DNA from: Mytilus edulis
Lineage: Eukaryota
Length of the DNA: 64,000 bases
Assembly: GCF_963676685.1 (NCBI RefSeq)
Contig: NC_092345.1
Span: forward strand, 15,562,001-15,626,000
Reading direction: 5' to 3'
Under the pieces are notes generated by a model. It saw only the letters and a program-made list of their open reading frames with translations. It was not told the DNA's origin and made no database searches. Of this stretch, positions 50,654 through 64,000 are shown one piece after another. Position 1 is the first letter of the stretch. Each line of letters starts with the position of its first letter. Made by a program: the position numbers and the translations under genes.

Positions 50654-51662
50654 GATATTGTCCTTCACTTAATTACAGTTATAAACTAGAAAAAAGTAAT
50701 TTTTAAAAGCCTAGAATACCTTCATATTTTTCTGTAAAAAAAACCGGACCATTTGTCTAAAAACCCGGACGAATTCACAGTTGCTCTCGAAAAAATCCGG
50801 ACAATAACAAACACTGATTTTTTTTTATTAAATACAAGGAAATTGAGCTTCTTTGTTGATCAAAACATATATAGTATTCAATATAAGATGGGTAGTAATG
50901 TTAAAAACTGTTATAATCACGAAATATCCGTTAATTAAACTTATCGCATGTTTAATCACTCGAAAAAGCCCGAACTACACTCGAAAAAAAATGGACCAAA
51001 TCACTCGAAAAACCACGATCCTAGCCTGACACTATACCTACCGTGATATTGCCTCTAAAACAGATGCGCGCAAATTTAATAAACAGCTGCGCAAATGCAA
51101 ACGTCTATAAATTTTTAAAAAAATATATGCGCGCAAATGGATAAATGAATAAATGTTTAATCGTACAAAGACACTACTACCACTATATACGTCCAAAATA
51201 ATTTAGTGGTCGAATGTTGAGATATTTGATTTTTTCTTTTCCTTTTCTTTTAATAAACTTTGTATCAATATATCTTACATCCATCAAACAAATAAGTTGA
51301 AAATGATCAAGCGGCCATACATTTTTAAACACAAACATAAGATGTACAAGCTCATAGGTCCAAGGGAGTTAAATCTTGTGCGATTTGATATAAGGTGAAC
51401 AAAGTTACCACTCTTTGTATGTTCTTCGTGTGAACAGTTTAATTTCTACTTCTACAATATAAAATATCAATACCAATATTTCCAATCTAAACAATTATAT
51501 ATTATCTTTGTTTTTTTTTGGTCGTATCAATTCACCAATCATTTGACTGATAAGTATTTCCCCCAAAAATGCTTATATTTACAAAAACTGATATTTCAGT
51601 TGAATGTCTTAGAGTAATGTTATTTCTTTTTTTTTTTAATTCTAATAATACATGTTTATTTT

Positions 51663-52339
51663 GGGAACGTGTCAAAGAGACACCAATACGACCAAGAGCA
51701 GAAAACAGATCAAGGCCACCAGGTCGTATTGTCCAATGAGACTTTAACGCAGCGAAAAATCCTGCACGCAGAAGGCGGGCTTCTGTTGGTCCTCTTAACA
51801 ATAATGTATACTATACATGTTGTTCAGTGAACTTGACACAACATTATTCTTCGAATCATACAAAAGAACCAAAATATTAAAAAAAAAACATACAAGACTA
51901 ACAAAGGCTAGAGGTTCCTGACATAGGACACGCGCAAAGATTCGCCGATGTTAAACATTTTTGGTGATATCTCAACCCGCCCTCTTTACCTCTAGCCAAT
52001 GTAAAATGTAAAATGTACATCGAAACTCATGCAATTTGAATTTGAAAAAACCTTCCAAACCTATGTTGGAAAAGGAAACAGAATAAACTACGCAGAGTAA
52101 CAACGATTAACAACAATTAACAAAGGACTACAGTTACTAGTAGTTACTGACATGACAGTTTTAGACCTCAATTTATAAACTGATTGAAAGATTGTCTCCA
52201 TCATATGGAAATCAGTTAGTCTCTCCTGTTAGAAGCTTAGTGTCGGGTCATCATAAATGGAGGAGAAAAACATAGCCCTTTTCATGTCAACAACTACTTT
52301 TAGAATACATATGTTTCCTTCCGTTGCAAAGACCCTATG
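51663..52339 (-). mobile_element. Degraded 3' region of the second Penelope-like subfamily (SECIS relic, conserved block, twister relic, tail)
   Basis: Colinear with 20383-20980. SECIS relic ~52201-52260 retains ATGA..AA..GA; twister relic 51906-51997 retains P5 ggctagagg/cctctagcc. Confidence 0.8.
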
Positions 52340-52544
52340 TGGAATTAATTTTAATTGTATACCACTTGAAGTTATCCGTTATTAATTTTCCAATCTCATC
52401 AAGTCTTCCATGTTAACCTATGCCATCAGTGAAATAGGATTTACATCAGCCGCCGCTAACATGCATTTCTACTGAATGAGGGTCACACTTAATATGCTGA
52501 CAGAATTTGTGAATTTATTTTATTCAAGTAAAGAGGGATCCTAC

Positions 52545-54847
52545 CAGGGGCGTAGCCAGACTTAAATTGAAGTGTAGGCACCAATCGGCAGGGGGTCTGG
52601 GGGCCGCTGAAGGCCCCGAGTGGGTCCAGGGCTTGTAGGGGGCTCAGGGGGGCGAAGCTCGCCGACAGAAAACGGTTTTGAGCATTTCTGGATGCAAAGT
52701 TTTTGATTTCGTTCCACAGAAAACATTCAATTCACTGGTTGTTTTTCTCATGAAATATACACGAAAAAAGTAAAGTTTAACTAGATTTGTAATTGCTAGC
52801 AATAACAGATGGCACCCTTCCCCCATTGCCAGGTGAGCAGCAGCCATTTTGAATATTCCAAAGTCAAAGAGTGCATCTACAGATGTCTAGTAACATTTTT
52901 GCAAAGTTTCATTAAGTTTAAAGCATTTTGAAATTTTTGATATTTTTGCTGTTTCCATGGTTACGGCGGCCATTTTGAAAATTCAAACTTCAAAAGGCAA
53001 CTCTACCCATGCCAGTTACCATTTCTGTAAAGTTTCATCCAGTTTGCAGAATTTTAATTTTTTTTTTTAATTTTTGACCTTTTTGCATTGTTTCCATTGT
53101 AACGGCAGAAATACTAGAAATTCCAACACCAAATTCCACATCTACCAATGTTTCTACAAAATTGTGTGCAAGAAAAATAATGAGAAAAAAAAGAAACGTA
53201 GAATAACAATACGTCACCCCAACTCCGTTGAGGGTTCCATAATTATTTATTTAATAATTACAACTGACTGATGAATGACTGTCCAGAAATTGTTTTCAAC
53301 ATTTATATTATATGCACATGAGGACAATGTTAAAAAGTTCAAACATAAAAGAAACCATCAAAGTCAAACTAATAAAGTACTAAATTTTCAGGGAAAACCA
53401 TGACAAAATCACAACGTTTATAAAACGAAATTAAGGTGTCTGTTTTTTTTTCACTGAAAATTTGTCATTAATGTATTTGGTATTTACACTTCTTATATTA
53501 TATATAAATATATTCAAGATTCTTCCAATTCGAAATAGGCCTTTTTGAGAACGACTTTTATTTACTGTCTTTTGATGAGAAAAGCACACAATAAGCACAG
53601 TAAAGTGCGTCAGTTGGTACCGAATAGCGCATCCATGGATGATTTTGAAGCCAGGAACTTTGAAGTTTTCTCTGCTTTTGTCCAAACACCCTGAAAATAC
53701 GAGTTGTTTTAAAGATGATCATGTGGTTTGGTAGTTGCCAATGAGACAAATATATTCACCAGAGACGAAAGCTCGAGGATGATAACATCTACCGTTATTA
53801 TAGGTATAACTGTACGGTCTTTAGCAATACGAAAACACAGAATATTAAGATATAAATTTAAAAGGTTCTTGCATGACAAAATGTTAGTTTCTGATCAAAA
53901 GTTGTAAATGGAAACAATCAAAGTAAACGTTAAAGAACAATACAAAATCTACACATGTACAACATACAACTTAACAGAAGTCGGAGTGGAAAATCATATT
54001 AAAAAAAAATGTTCTGAAAACTGATAGACAATATAGGTACGTAATTTAAGCTAGATGCGTGCATACTAGTACTTAAATTCAACACAAACTGAATTTATCA
54101 AATATATATTTTCTGATTTATGCACCTACAATGTACCTGCTTGGGAATTTAAATAAGTGAGATTCATTCCACTTTGTAGACAACAGTTTTTGTTTTATTA
54201 GGTCATCCATATCAGATAATTTAGCAATGTCAGGGTATGGAGGTTCATATTTGCTGATTACACTAAGAGTGGAATTTGAACTGGAGCTACATGTAGAAGG
54301 CGTCAAATCGGACGTAGCTGTCACTGCTTCACCTAAGTCAGTCTGGCTCTCCGCCATTACAACTGTTTCTTCATTTTCGTCACTTTCCGAGATTTGCTTT
54401 GATACCTTCGGCGTTTCATTTTGATTTTCTGGAGATTCACTTTCTCTTATTTTCTTAATCATTTCGTCTCAGTATAGTTCTATTTTTTAATTTGGGTTTT
54501 TCTTTGGGTTCTGACATTTTTCACAACTGAATAATCAATTCAATTACCGGTAAATGTCTGACTCGATCTGTATAGTTAAAAACTAAATACGGTTAACTAA
54601 GTTACTGTCTGCACATAAATTATTCTTTCAAACTTTTTTCAATCAACAACAATAATCAGGACATACTAGATATATACAGTGTCGTTTGACACGATGATTA
54701 AAGAGTTGTGATGACTTCGCGTGCATCTCGAAAGGGATGGAGAATGAATCTAAAAGTTAGATTATTAAGGCCGTAAAAAGTAATTTTTTGAAAAAATAAT
54801 GTGTTATAGGCACGTGCCTATAGTGCCTAACGGCAGCTACGCCCCTG
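52545..54847 (-). mobile_element. Internally deleted hAT-type DNA transposon
   Basis: TIR CAGGGGCGTAGC / GCTACGCCCCTG and a ZnF-TTF transposase remnant. No clean 8-bp TSD was seen. Confidence 0.75.
53510..54462 (-). pseudogene. hAT transposase N-terminus (TTF-type zinc finger), two exons, frameshifted
   Basis: A GT-AG intron 54136-53691 joins FKFPS-R-VFGQKQRKLQSSWLQNHPWMRYSVPTDALYCAYCVLF, followed by a frameshift to KSFSKRPISNWKNL. Confidence 0.75.
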
Positions 54848-55666
54848 CTAGGCTACCACAAATGACATTTATCAACCAAATTTGAAATACGATGATTGCC
54901 GAATATATTACAAAAAATTGAAGATTTTTTTACTCCATTTGTCATTTAAATGGATTGAATGCATATTGTTTCAAACATTGTCCACTCCTTTTTTTAAACA
55001 TGTAATTTATATGTTGTAATAGTTACGGTTTTCGAAGTAGTTTCTCATGTCACGGGTGTCCTAATTTATCCTACAACAACAGTTCAACACCACAGACATG
55101 TCAATCAATCGAAATGTTAAAATGTTTAAAAAGCCAACAGTGTTGACCTTGAAGCGTTATGGGTCACACGAGATCCTTCGAGAAGTTGTTTGTCCTGCTG
55201 CTTCTCTTTTCATACATTGCAGTTCTGCACTAAATCAATACAATTGAATTTGTCAAAACTCTTCACACCTGCCGAGAATTGAAACAGAAATATTTCATCA
55301 AGTAAATAGTATCGGCTACCTAACCCGAATAATTCAGTCGTTATATTCCGCTGATCTATGATGGCTGCATTCCTCGCGGGATAGAAAATGGTAAGTTTGG
55401 TCTTGTTCTATCAACAGGTTAAGTCAACGCAACAGTGACTAATGACATTTGCATTTTTCGAACACATTGTAAAAAATACCCCCCCCCCACTCTTTTTTAG
55501 ACATCAGAATACTAGGGTGAATAAGATAATTTAGCCTATTTGTGCTGTAGTATTTGAAGGAGAATGAGAATTCATATTCAAATAAAACAAAATATATTGA
55601 CCAGTTTTAAAAGTAAGAACATCTGTAAAAATTATTTTTAAGGATACCAGGCTTATAATTTGTGGG

Positions 55667-55713
55667 TACGCCAGACGCGCACTTCGTTTACAAAAGACTC
55701 ATCAGTGACGCTC
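55667..55713 (-). ncRNA. Hammerhead copy (CTGATGA intact, GAAA>GAAG)
   Basis: Minus strand: gcgtca-CTGATGA-gtc-ttttgta-aac-GAAG-tgcgcg-TC-tggcgt. Confidence 0.65.
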
Positions 55714-56332
55714 AAATCAAAAATTTAGAAGGCCAAATGAAGTTATATGATGCAGGAACCAAAATAACAAAAGGTTATCCCGTATATTAAACAATTTGAT
55801 TTTATATATTGTATATTTATCGAAATTTTGTAGTAAAATTCAACCTAATGAATTGTTTCAAAATTTTTGGTACTAAAATTCTGCTTAATATCCAGCATTT
55901 GTAAAAAAAAAAAGACAACTGGACTTAAATGCTTATGTTACCGCTTTGCGGAAGAACATTTTTATCTCAGACTATAACGGTCCCCTCTAATCAATCGTGC
56001 TTCTTTTTCAATGAATCTAGCACCACTAGTCGTCCTGAATATGCCTAGGCCTTTCAACACAAAGATACGTACAGGGCAGCGCAGTTTATGTGATTGGGTT
56101 TGTTTTGTATTTTTGCATACCTGGATAATTATAACCGCAACCTTTGTGAGGGATAAGATTTACAGAATAGAGATAAATGAGCAAAAAAAATTAAAGAAAA
56201 GAGAAAAAAAACGAAAAGTAAAGATTCTAGAAAAATGAGGTGCTAAAATATGAAGAATAGAGCATAAAAGACAAAAATTATGAATACACAGAAAAATGGC
56301 ATAAAATCTAATGATAGAATACAGAAATGAAT

Positions 56333-56542
56333 GCCCCACCATCCACACCCTCCTTTGTCTTATATCTAGCTGGCCCCACCATCCACACCCTCCTTTGTCT
56401 TATATCTAGCTGGCCTCAATATCCACACCCTCCTTTGTCTTATATCTAGCTGGAATGAATGACCAACCATCCACACCCTCCTTTGTCTTATATCTAGCTG
56501 GCCCCACCATCCACACCCTCCTTTGTCTTATATCTAGCTGGC
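56333..56542. repeat. 40-bp minisatellite, 5 copies
   Basis: Unit ccatccacaccctcctttgtcttatatctagctggcccca. Confidence 0.95.
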
Positions 56543-57105
56543 TTTGATTCTGGTACACACTAAAACTTAATAATGGCGGGTTAAGAACTAGAATAACATT
56601 GTTTTATATGATCAATCTGTGAAGTCTTGTCATTGTCTCTCCCATTTACTGAAGAAAAAAATAGTATGAAGTGCTGGATAGTTTAAATTTAACCCTATTT
56701 GAAATGTTTGGTTTCACTGTATAGTCTGTATAGTTAAATTGATTTTTTTTTCTTCAGTTATTTTTTATAATTCAATTTATCAATTGGATGTGGGAGTAGA
56801 TAGCTTGAACATGTGTTATCGCTAATTCTAATTTAAAAAGACCAAAATCGATGGTTAAGGTGAAATACTGTTAAAACTGACAGATAGCAAAACAAAAGAA
56901 GTTATCAGTGTAAGATTGTTGATAAAACAAATAAAACACACACTGAGGTATTTGTTGTAATTTCCTGAATTTGACAAAAAAGTTACCCTTTTGATTTTAC
57001 TACATTTCGTGTTTTAATATTTTCTATCGAGTATTATTATAGCTCGTTCAAAATACTTTAACTATGTAGCTGAAGACCATGATTCTTATTAGAAAATCAC
57101 AGTAT

Positions 57106-57168
57106 CTCCTCTGAGACTCGAATCTGGGACCTCTGTGTAACAAATCAGCGCTCTAACCGAGTGAGCTA
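57106..57168 (-). mobile_element. tRNA-like SINE head or tRNA pseudogene
   Basis: Minus strand tagctcactcggttagagcgctgatttgttacacagaggtcccagattcgagtctcag has A/B-box-like motifs but a poor cloverleaf. Confidence 0.5.
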
Positions 57169-60100
57169 AAACATACTGCTCTATGTAACAAGTATCTACT
57201 AACCAAGGGAAGCAACCCTGTCACAACTATAATAACAACATTACAACTGTTACCGAAATAGTTTGTATGATGTATTCTTTTAAATAGCTGATATAAAATT
57301 TCTAATAATTTTGAACTTTTGTCTACAAGTATTTCACTAATGGCATTATGTCAAACTATTCTAATTCAGCATTTATTGAAGAACTAATAAAATATTTTAA
57401 CCAAATTAGTATTGCTCATATTTGAAGACCGTACAGCCTCTGCGGCTCTCTCTCCCCCCCCCCCCCCCCCCCCCCCGACTTGATTTTTGTCGAGCCTAGG
57501 TGGTCCAGTGGTCTAGTTTGAATCTTGACCAGGGAAGAACAAACAATTGCGGAAGCAAATTTACAGATCCAACATTTTTGGGCTAGTATCTAGACGAATT
57601 ATATATATATATAAATCGCCAATGGCAGTCAGCAGGGTAAAGAGACCTGTTAGTCAAATGTGTTTTGTTTAAATATACTTTGGTCTTTTGGAAAGTGTTG
57701 TATATGCTGTATTTAGACCCTTCTACAACGAAATTTGTTTTACATGCACAAGTATAAAAATTGCGGTCTTTATCCAATGCAATCATAGGTTTGAACGTAG
57801 TTTTCAATTTAGACTTGTATATATACATGTACGTATATATAGTTTTTATATTTCTAGTTATATTACTTGATGTAACACATTACTTTGTATTTAAGTAGGG
57901 AAAACCTTTTTGTTTATACGTAAGTAAGAGATAAAATATCATGTGCTTAAACATGACAAGATTTGATAATTCGTGAATTATTTTTTCCAACAAAGCTGGG
58001 AGAAGATTTGTGGTTGCCCTATCTTTCGACATTTAGCTTTCATCTTCACTTAACAATGCGCGACATTTCAACAAAAAGAATTTCCCCGATTTAATTTCAA
58101 TTAAAACCTTTGCAACTGTTTTGTATGAAACATATAATTTCCTTCGACATGATATAAGATTAACAATATGTTTGATTTCTTCAGGCGTTCAACTAAGTGG
58201 GGTATATCGTTTCAGGCTTTGTTTTCTGAATGCCTGATGTTTAAATGTTTATCACTGGAATAAGGATACCCTGTCATCAAAGGGTGATTTTAGTATCACA
58301 TTAAGCCTCAATTAGGCACGGATCGCCTAGATATATACAAACTTGGGTTTTCTTCAATTTATGCCTTATTTCACCTGATGACAAAAGTGACAATTTTAGG
58401 TCAAAGGTGTGAGCATCTAATGACACTCTGTGCACGTAAGCAAACACAAAAGCTTATTTAGAAAAATTGGAATATGTAGGCCAAGACTTTTTTCAGAAAT
58501 TTTGAAAAAAATAATGTATTGAAAAGGATAAATGTAGTATATGAATTGGGGATGTATATATATTTTTTTCAATAGTACCAAAAGACAACAACAGTACATG
58601 AAATAGAACATAGAAAACTAAAGACTTAGCAACACGAAGAGTTCTGATTATGAATAATAACTTTTCTGAATAAAGGGGCTATTCAAAAGGTCGAAATGAA
58701 GCATACATGTATGTACCGAAATTAAAGTAGTTAAAGTCAGTCCAAAGATATATATATAGGTCACTGTGACAGGAATATTAATCCGCGATAAGTTAGGGTG
58801 ATGGTGTTTTGTACTTAAAAATTTGTTGTTCAAAAAAAGGAAGAAAAAGTTTGTTATTTTCGAATGAAATTCGAATTATAAATAAAATATTTCGCAGAAA
58901 GACAGATTGAACGATTGATTATTTTTTTTATTTATTGAAATAATAAATAAAACAACAAAAAGTTAAAAAAAAGTACCCATTTTTTCAAACTAATACAACA
59001 AGCTCAAATTCTATTTTTTGAAACCCAGATGTGTACTACTTTGAACCACACACGTGCAACACAGAATTTGATAGGTGCACTTTACATTATAATCGCCCCC
59101 TGCTGCATTTACAATGACCCAGAAAATGACTGTAATCAACGATTCTTTTGAACATTTTCTTTTTAAATGTGAAAGTTTAATGATAGTGCAGTCATTATCG
59201 CACAGACAATGTGTTAGGTAAAATGTTACTAATAATGTGTTGACATTATCAAAATCTCTTTATTTATATCTGAGAATACCACGATAAAGCAGGAACACCA
59301 AACATGATGGTTTGTGCAGGTTACGTGTGTGTCTTCTAACCGTGTACGTGTGTGTCTTCTAACAGTTATGTACATCGTTTATAAGTGTTAAGTTAGCATT
59401 TCGAAATTGCCTTCATAAACTTTAATATTCCTGCTGGATTGGTATTAAACCCTATTTTCCTCGAATGTTACCTTCGGAATTAGACCTATTCGTGACCGGG
59501 TTTTTACCTACATGAGCAACACGACAGATGCCACATGTGGAGCAGTATTTTATTATCCTTACAGCGCACCAGAGATCTCTCCCGGTTTTTGGTGGGGTTG
59601 TGTTGCTCAGTCTTTGGTTTTCTATGTTTGTTTTGTATACTGTTGGTTTTTGTTGTTTGGTTTTTTTTTGGTCGGTTGACATGGTATTGTAATTTTTTTT
59701 CAACTGTATATGTTAAACTCCAGTTGTTGTATTGAACTTGAAGTGAGTTGAGTATGTGTGTATATTGAAGGCCTCGCTGTGCCTTTGTGATGAAAAATGA
59801 CAGCAACGAAAAAAAAACGTTGATGTTTTAACTCTACTTTATGTTCATGTTGTGATTTTGTTCATTGAATTTTTCTGAGCTGTTCTAAGATTGCAACTCT
59901 CACAGGAAAAGTTTATTCTATTTAATAACTTCTTGATTTCTAAGCTCTGTCCTGTTTTGTATTTAGTCTTCCCAAACATTTGGTTCGCTCAAGATTAATT
60001 CTCACAGTGTACATGTGTTGATTTCACAAAAATTGTTATAAATATTTTTTATTTGTATTTCCTTAAAATATAAAAATAAAAAAAGTAATTTAATTACACG

Positions 60101-62635
60101 TATGTTTCAATCGAAACTACAATTTGTATTGGCTGACAAAAATCGCGAGGCACTCCAGTATCATATTTTATTTCCGTATAAAATACAACAGCTATATGAC
60201 TGCACGTGCTATTCGTGACAATGTTAAAATAATGAATTAAATCGTAATATTATGTTTGTAGCATAAAAATGTAATTCTTAGAATTAAATGCTTCTTTTAT
60301 GATTTTATACTGTTGTAATGTGATCGTGCGCACATTTTGAATATAAAAGCGCTTCCGCGCTTCATACAAAAGGTGCTTCGGTCAACGCTTTTACACCCCA
60401 ATAACTTAATGGAATTATGAACGCGAGTGCATTTTAAACCCTTTTTGTTTTGTTTTGGTACTCCTTAATAATTATTCATTTTTTATTCCGGTCTCGAAAC
60501 CTAATAAGAAAAAAAGGGGGAGAAACCAAAGAAACAATCAAATTTATATCGAAAGGAAACAAACAAAACATGGCATTTAAGTAAAGAACAATCTACAAAA
60601 ACAAAAGACCGATTTAAACGGATCTGCATAAATACCGATGGTGATCTCAGGTGCTTCGGAAGGTTAAAGAACATCCTGCTCCCTTTGAGGTGTCAGTCGT
60701 GTTTCCCATTTTAAGTTCGTATTCACATACAGATGCTGATTAGGGGCCGTCTAGATTGCTGAAAACAAATCATAAGACAATAAGTAGGTCGATCGGCATG
60801 AAGGTTATGTTGGATTGGGTCCAAACTGTGCCATGTAAAAGACAACTTATGGACCCCTGAGACAGTTCACGTGCAGAGAGCATGGCACTCCAGAACAGCC
60901 ATGCGATGTTTTCTAAAAGGGGGAAATTTATACAAACTACCTAATGTAAATTAACGAGTGAACATCTATATGTGTTTGTTAATACTTTAAATTTTATTAT
61001 AACAACCAGAGACCTTTTTTAGACAAAAAATTATGCATACTAAAAAAATGATCTTTCATTCTTACATCTACTGTATTAATTTATGAAAAGTGTAACTATA
61101 AGAAAACTTATTTTAAATACACATGTTTTATTCTTAGACTATTCTTTCAAGTCTTCAGAAGGTGCAATTTGTTTATGCGTTTAAAAATTCATCAAATCTA
61201 ATCTGTGATTAGCTAAATTTAACTTAAAAGCATTCTTGTACAAAAGTACATTTACAAAGTAAACTATGAAATAGATGAGAAGAAAAACTGAAAAGGGTTT
61301 TTAAATTTATGTAGGAAGAAAAACGGATGTGAGAATGTGAACAAAGTTCGCGAGTGTAATGACACATCACTAATGATAGTGTACAAACATGTGATCATAA
61401 TTATTGCAAATGATTATCCTTAGAAAATAACTTAAAATTTAAAAACGCCGAAACTTTTCAAAACATACTATCAAAGAGACAACTCTTTCAACAAGTCGCC
61501 AATCTTTGATCAACTATTAAGATATCATAGATATAATTTTAGATACCTTTGAGGCTAGTGAGTGTTCAATTTGTTTTTAATGAAAATTATTACAATGATT
61601 TGAAAGAAAGTTTTTTTCAGAAGTTCGGACACCGCTACGCGTATCTTTTAATTTTCAATGAACTTTTAAAGTTCAAACAAAACAGCTCTATTTTATACAA
61701 TGCTTCGCTGCGTACATTTGTGTCTTCTTTTGGAATACATATTTGAATATAATGTAACTTAATGCAAAACGAACACATCATAAGCTGTAAATTTTAAAAG
61801 CATAATGCATATATAATTGAGCCCAAAGACTGTTTATGTGCCATAATTTTACACAAAAATATCATTTACATCATATACTATTGTAAAGGTTTTTCCATTT
61901 CTCGCTTAATTTATTCTTCATTCTCTTTTATAAAAACTCTTCGTCAGTCCTTAATGCATTTCAAATCTAAGTCAACACAGAGAACTTTATTTTTATATAG
62001 CTCATTAAGATAATAATTCGATCATAATTTACAAAAATATGAAATATCTGAATACATAAGATCGTTTTAAATCAGGTGCGATATTTCACGGTACAAAAAC
62101 TCGGAGAACTATGAATATTTGAGTTAGTGAAAGTGACTTCTAAATGGCTACTTAACATACTATAAGATTATAATAGACCGAGGCCACACATTTTGTTTAA
62201 CAAATATTTTTAGCCTCAATAGTTCAAAGACATTCAAAAAAATTTAAAAAGTCTCTTATATTTTGTTATATCTTTTATAACACCGTGTGAAATTTTCCCT
62301 TCTTTAAATGGAAATATTATTGTGATTTTCATGTCGTAAAACGAGCGATAATACGGTAAGAAACAATGATGTTTCAATGTGTGCAGTACGCCAGGTGCAC
62401 TGCAATATAATACCTTCCCATGTTTGCAGCAATATCATATTTCAAGACTTGAACTCAAGTTGTAAATTCAATTTTGAAGATTGAAAGTGTCAGTTATGCA
62501 ACAACTTTGTATTTATGAAAATAATTTGAATTATCATCCTACAACTGACCCTCCATATCCCCCTCTCTCACTTTGGCTGCATACTCCTCTTGCTTATCAA
62601 GTTCCCAATGCCTACACATTGATGTATACTTGTCT

Positions 62636-62730
62636 TGGCTATCACATGGGACTAGGCTATCACATGGGATTAGCTATCACATAGGACTTGGCTGTCACAT
62701 GGGACTTGGCTGTCACTTGGGACATGGCTA
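62636..62730. repeat. 18-bp minisatellite, ~5 copies
   Basis: Unit ggctRtcacatgggactt. Confidence 0.85.
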
Positions 62731-62853
62731 TAACGTTAGGCCAAATATGGCCATAAAATGTCAAAAACTGCCATAAATTGGTTCTACTATAGATCTATTT
62801 CAAAAGCATTACTACTAGGTTAAGCATATCTAGCCTTTCGATACATGAAGTCA

Positions 62854-63037
62854 GCCGTTAGTTTTCTCATTTGAATTGTTTTACACTGTCATTTCGGGGC
62901 CTTTTATAGCTGACTATGTGGTATGGTCTTTGCTCATTATTGAAATCCGTACGGTGACCTATAGCTGTTAATTTCCGTGTCATTTGGTCGCTTGTGAAGA
63001 GTGGTTTTAGTGGCAATCATACCACATCTTCTTTTTA
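62854..63037 (+). mobile_element. 3'-terminal tail fragment of the Penelope-like family
   Basis: ccgttagttttctc..ggggccttttatagct..ccgtacggtgacctata..tggcaatcataccacatcttcttttt, matching 17945-18125. Similar copies lie near 9520, 25900, 34815, 44660, 45480 and 49047. Confidence 0.85.
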
Positions 63038-63871
63038 TGTTAAGAGTACATTCTAGGCTTTATTAAAGTCAGCAAATTATTGAAATTTGTAAAAAAAAAA
63101 AAAAAAAGATGAGTATTTTTTTAACATAAAAGCTTAAGGATAAAATTGGCTTCAATCCATGATTCAAAATGCCTGTAGCCAAAAGTTGCCAATGACTGTG
63201 TTATTAAAATATCTACACAATCGATCTCTACACAAAACGAAATTTTGAACCAGCGGTGATGGCCAAAGAAAATTATGTTAAACCAGTTAAGAGTTATTGA
63301 AAACTGACCAAAACTGACGTTACAACACAAACAATGTATTTCTTTGTCATTTTAAATGTGATGGGCAAAAAAAAAGTTATTTTGTATTACTAGTTATATC
63401 TATGTGATGTTTGTTGTGTGTTGGCCTGATTAAAAAAGCAAAACGTTTAAGGCCAAATTTTAGCCTAACACTGTATTATTTACTTTTCTTCTCATTGGCG
63501 AATTTGTTACGGGAGGAAGATACTATGTGCTATTCCTTCCGATGGCGATTTCTCTTTAAAGTTTAATAAAATGTCTATACATCGAAATTTTTCAGACGAG
63601 TATTAAATGACTGTTTAACAATATATTCGAAGTAATTCGTTATGAAAATACAGCTGAAGAAAAGGCGTTTGTTATGTCTGTAATTTTTAATCCGTACTAA
63701 AAGACCTAAAACGTTTAAGAAATGCGTCAATTATCATAAACATTTACGAATTGTTAGAAAAAGAAACATGAAATTAAGATATTAAAATCTTAAAAACATA
63801 TCGATCATGTAAAAGCATAACCCGATATTTCGACCTACATGTATATCGCGTTAAAAATGCTATTGAAATGA

Positions 63872-64000
63872 AATTGAAAATGGAGATAGGGAATGTATCA
63901 AAGAGACAAAAACCAGATTAAAGAGCAGAAAACAGCCGAAGGCGACTAATTGGTCTTCAACACAGCGAGAAATGCCACACCCAGAGGCGTGCTTCAGTTG
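63872..64000 (-). mobile_element. 3'-terminal tail of the second Penelope-like subfamily, running off the window
   Basis: aattgaaaatggagatagggaatgtatcaaagagacaa..gagcag..gaaggc..ggtcttcaa matches the tails at 37011, 51663 and 20383. Confidence 0.75.

Larger units (their letters stand above)
47908..51045. mobile_element. Non-autonomous DNA transposon with CAC..GTG ends and 5-bp TSD (Transib/Chapaev-like, CMC group)
   Basis: TIR CACGGTAAGTATAGTGTCCGGCTAGGATCGTGGTTTTTC / GAAAAACCACGATCCTAGCCTGACACTATACCTACCGTG. ATATT on both flanks. Subterminal cggRcYtttttcgagtg repeats. Confidence 0.85.

Noticed and set aside
57106-57168. Functional tRNA gene (also 23618, 34945, 44520)
   Set aside because: No complete cloverleaf; these are SINE heads or pseudogenes.

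Overview
AT-rich animal genomic DNA, probably a bivalve mollusc judging by its repeat families (inference). Bases 714-7351 hold the last seven coding exons of an Lmx1 LIM-homeobox gene: LIM2, the homeodomain and the conserved NPID(K/R)LYSMQxSYF C-terminus. The rest is gene-free and full of nested repeats. The main result is a young, 5'-truncated Penelope-like retroelement (16021-18130, most likely Naiad-type) inserted into a 36-bp-core minisatellite. Its 3' region carries, in order, a well-formed SECIS (17249-17306), a conserved block, and a P5-permuted twister-like ribozyme (17790-17873) whose P1 is replaced by two short palindromes. Diverged relatives elsewhere in the window repeat this order and show compensatory base changes in the twister fold. 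Also present: minimal type-I hammerhead ribozyme repeats, a 15-kb region bounded by ~800-bp inverted repeats, a CAC-ended non-autonomous transposon with a 5-bp TSD, a defective hAT element with an intron-containing ZnF-TTF ORF, SINEs, Kolobok-type MITEs, long-hairpin elements and minisatellites. All structures were read by eye; nothing was computed or searched.
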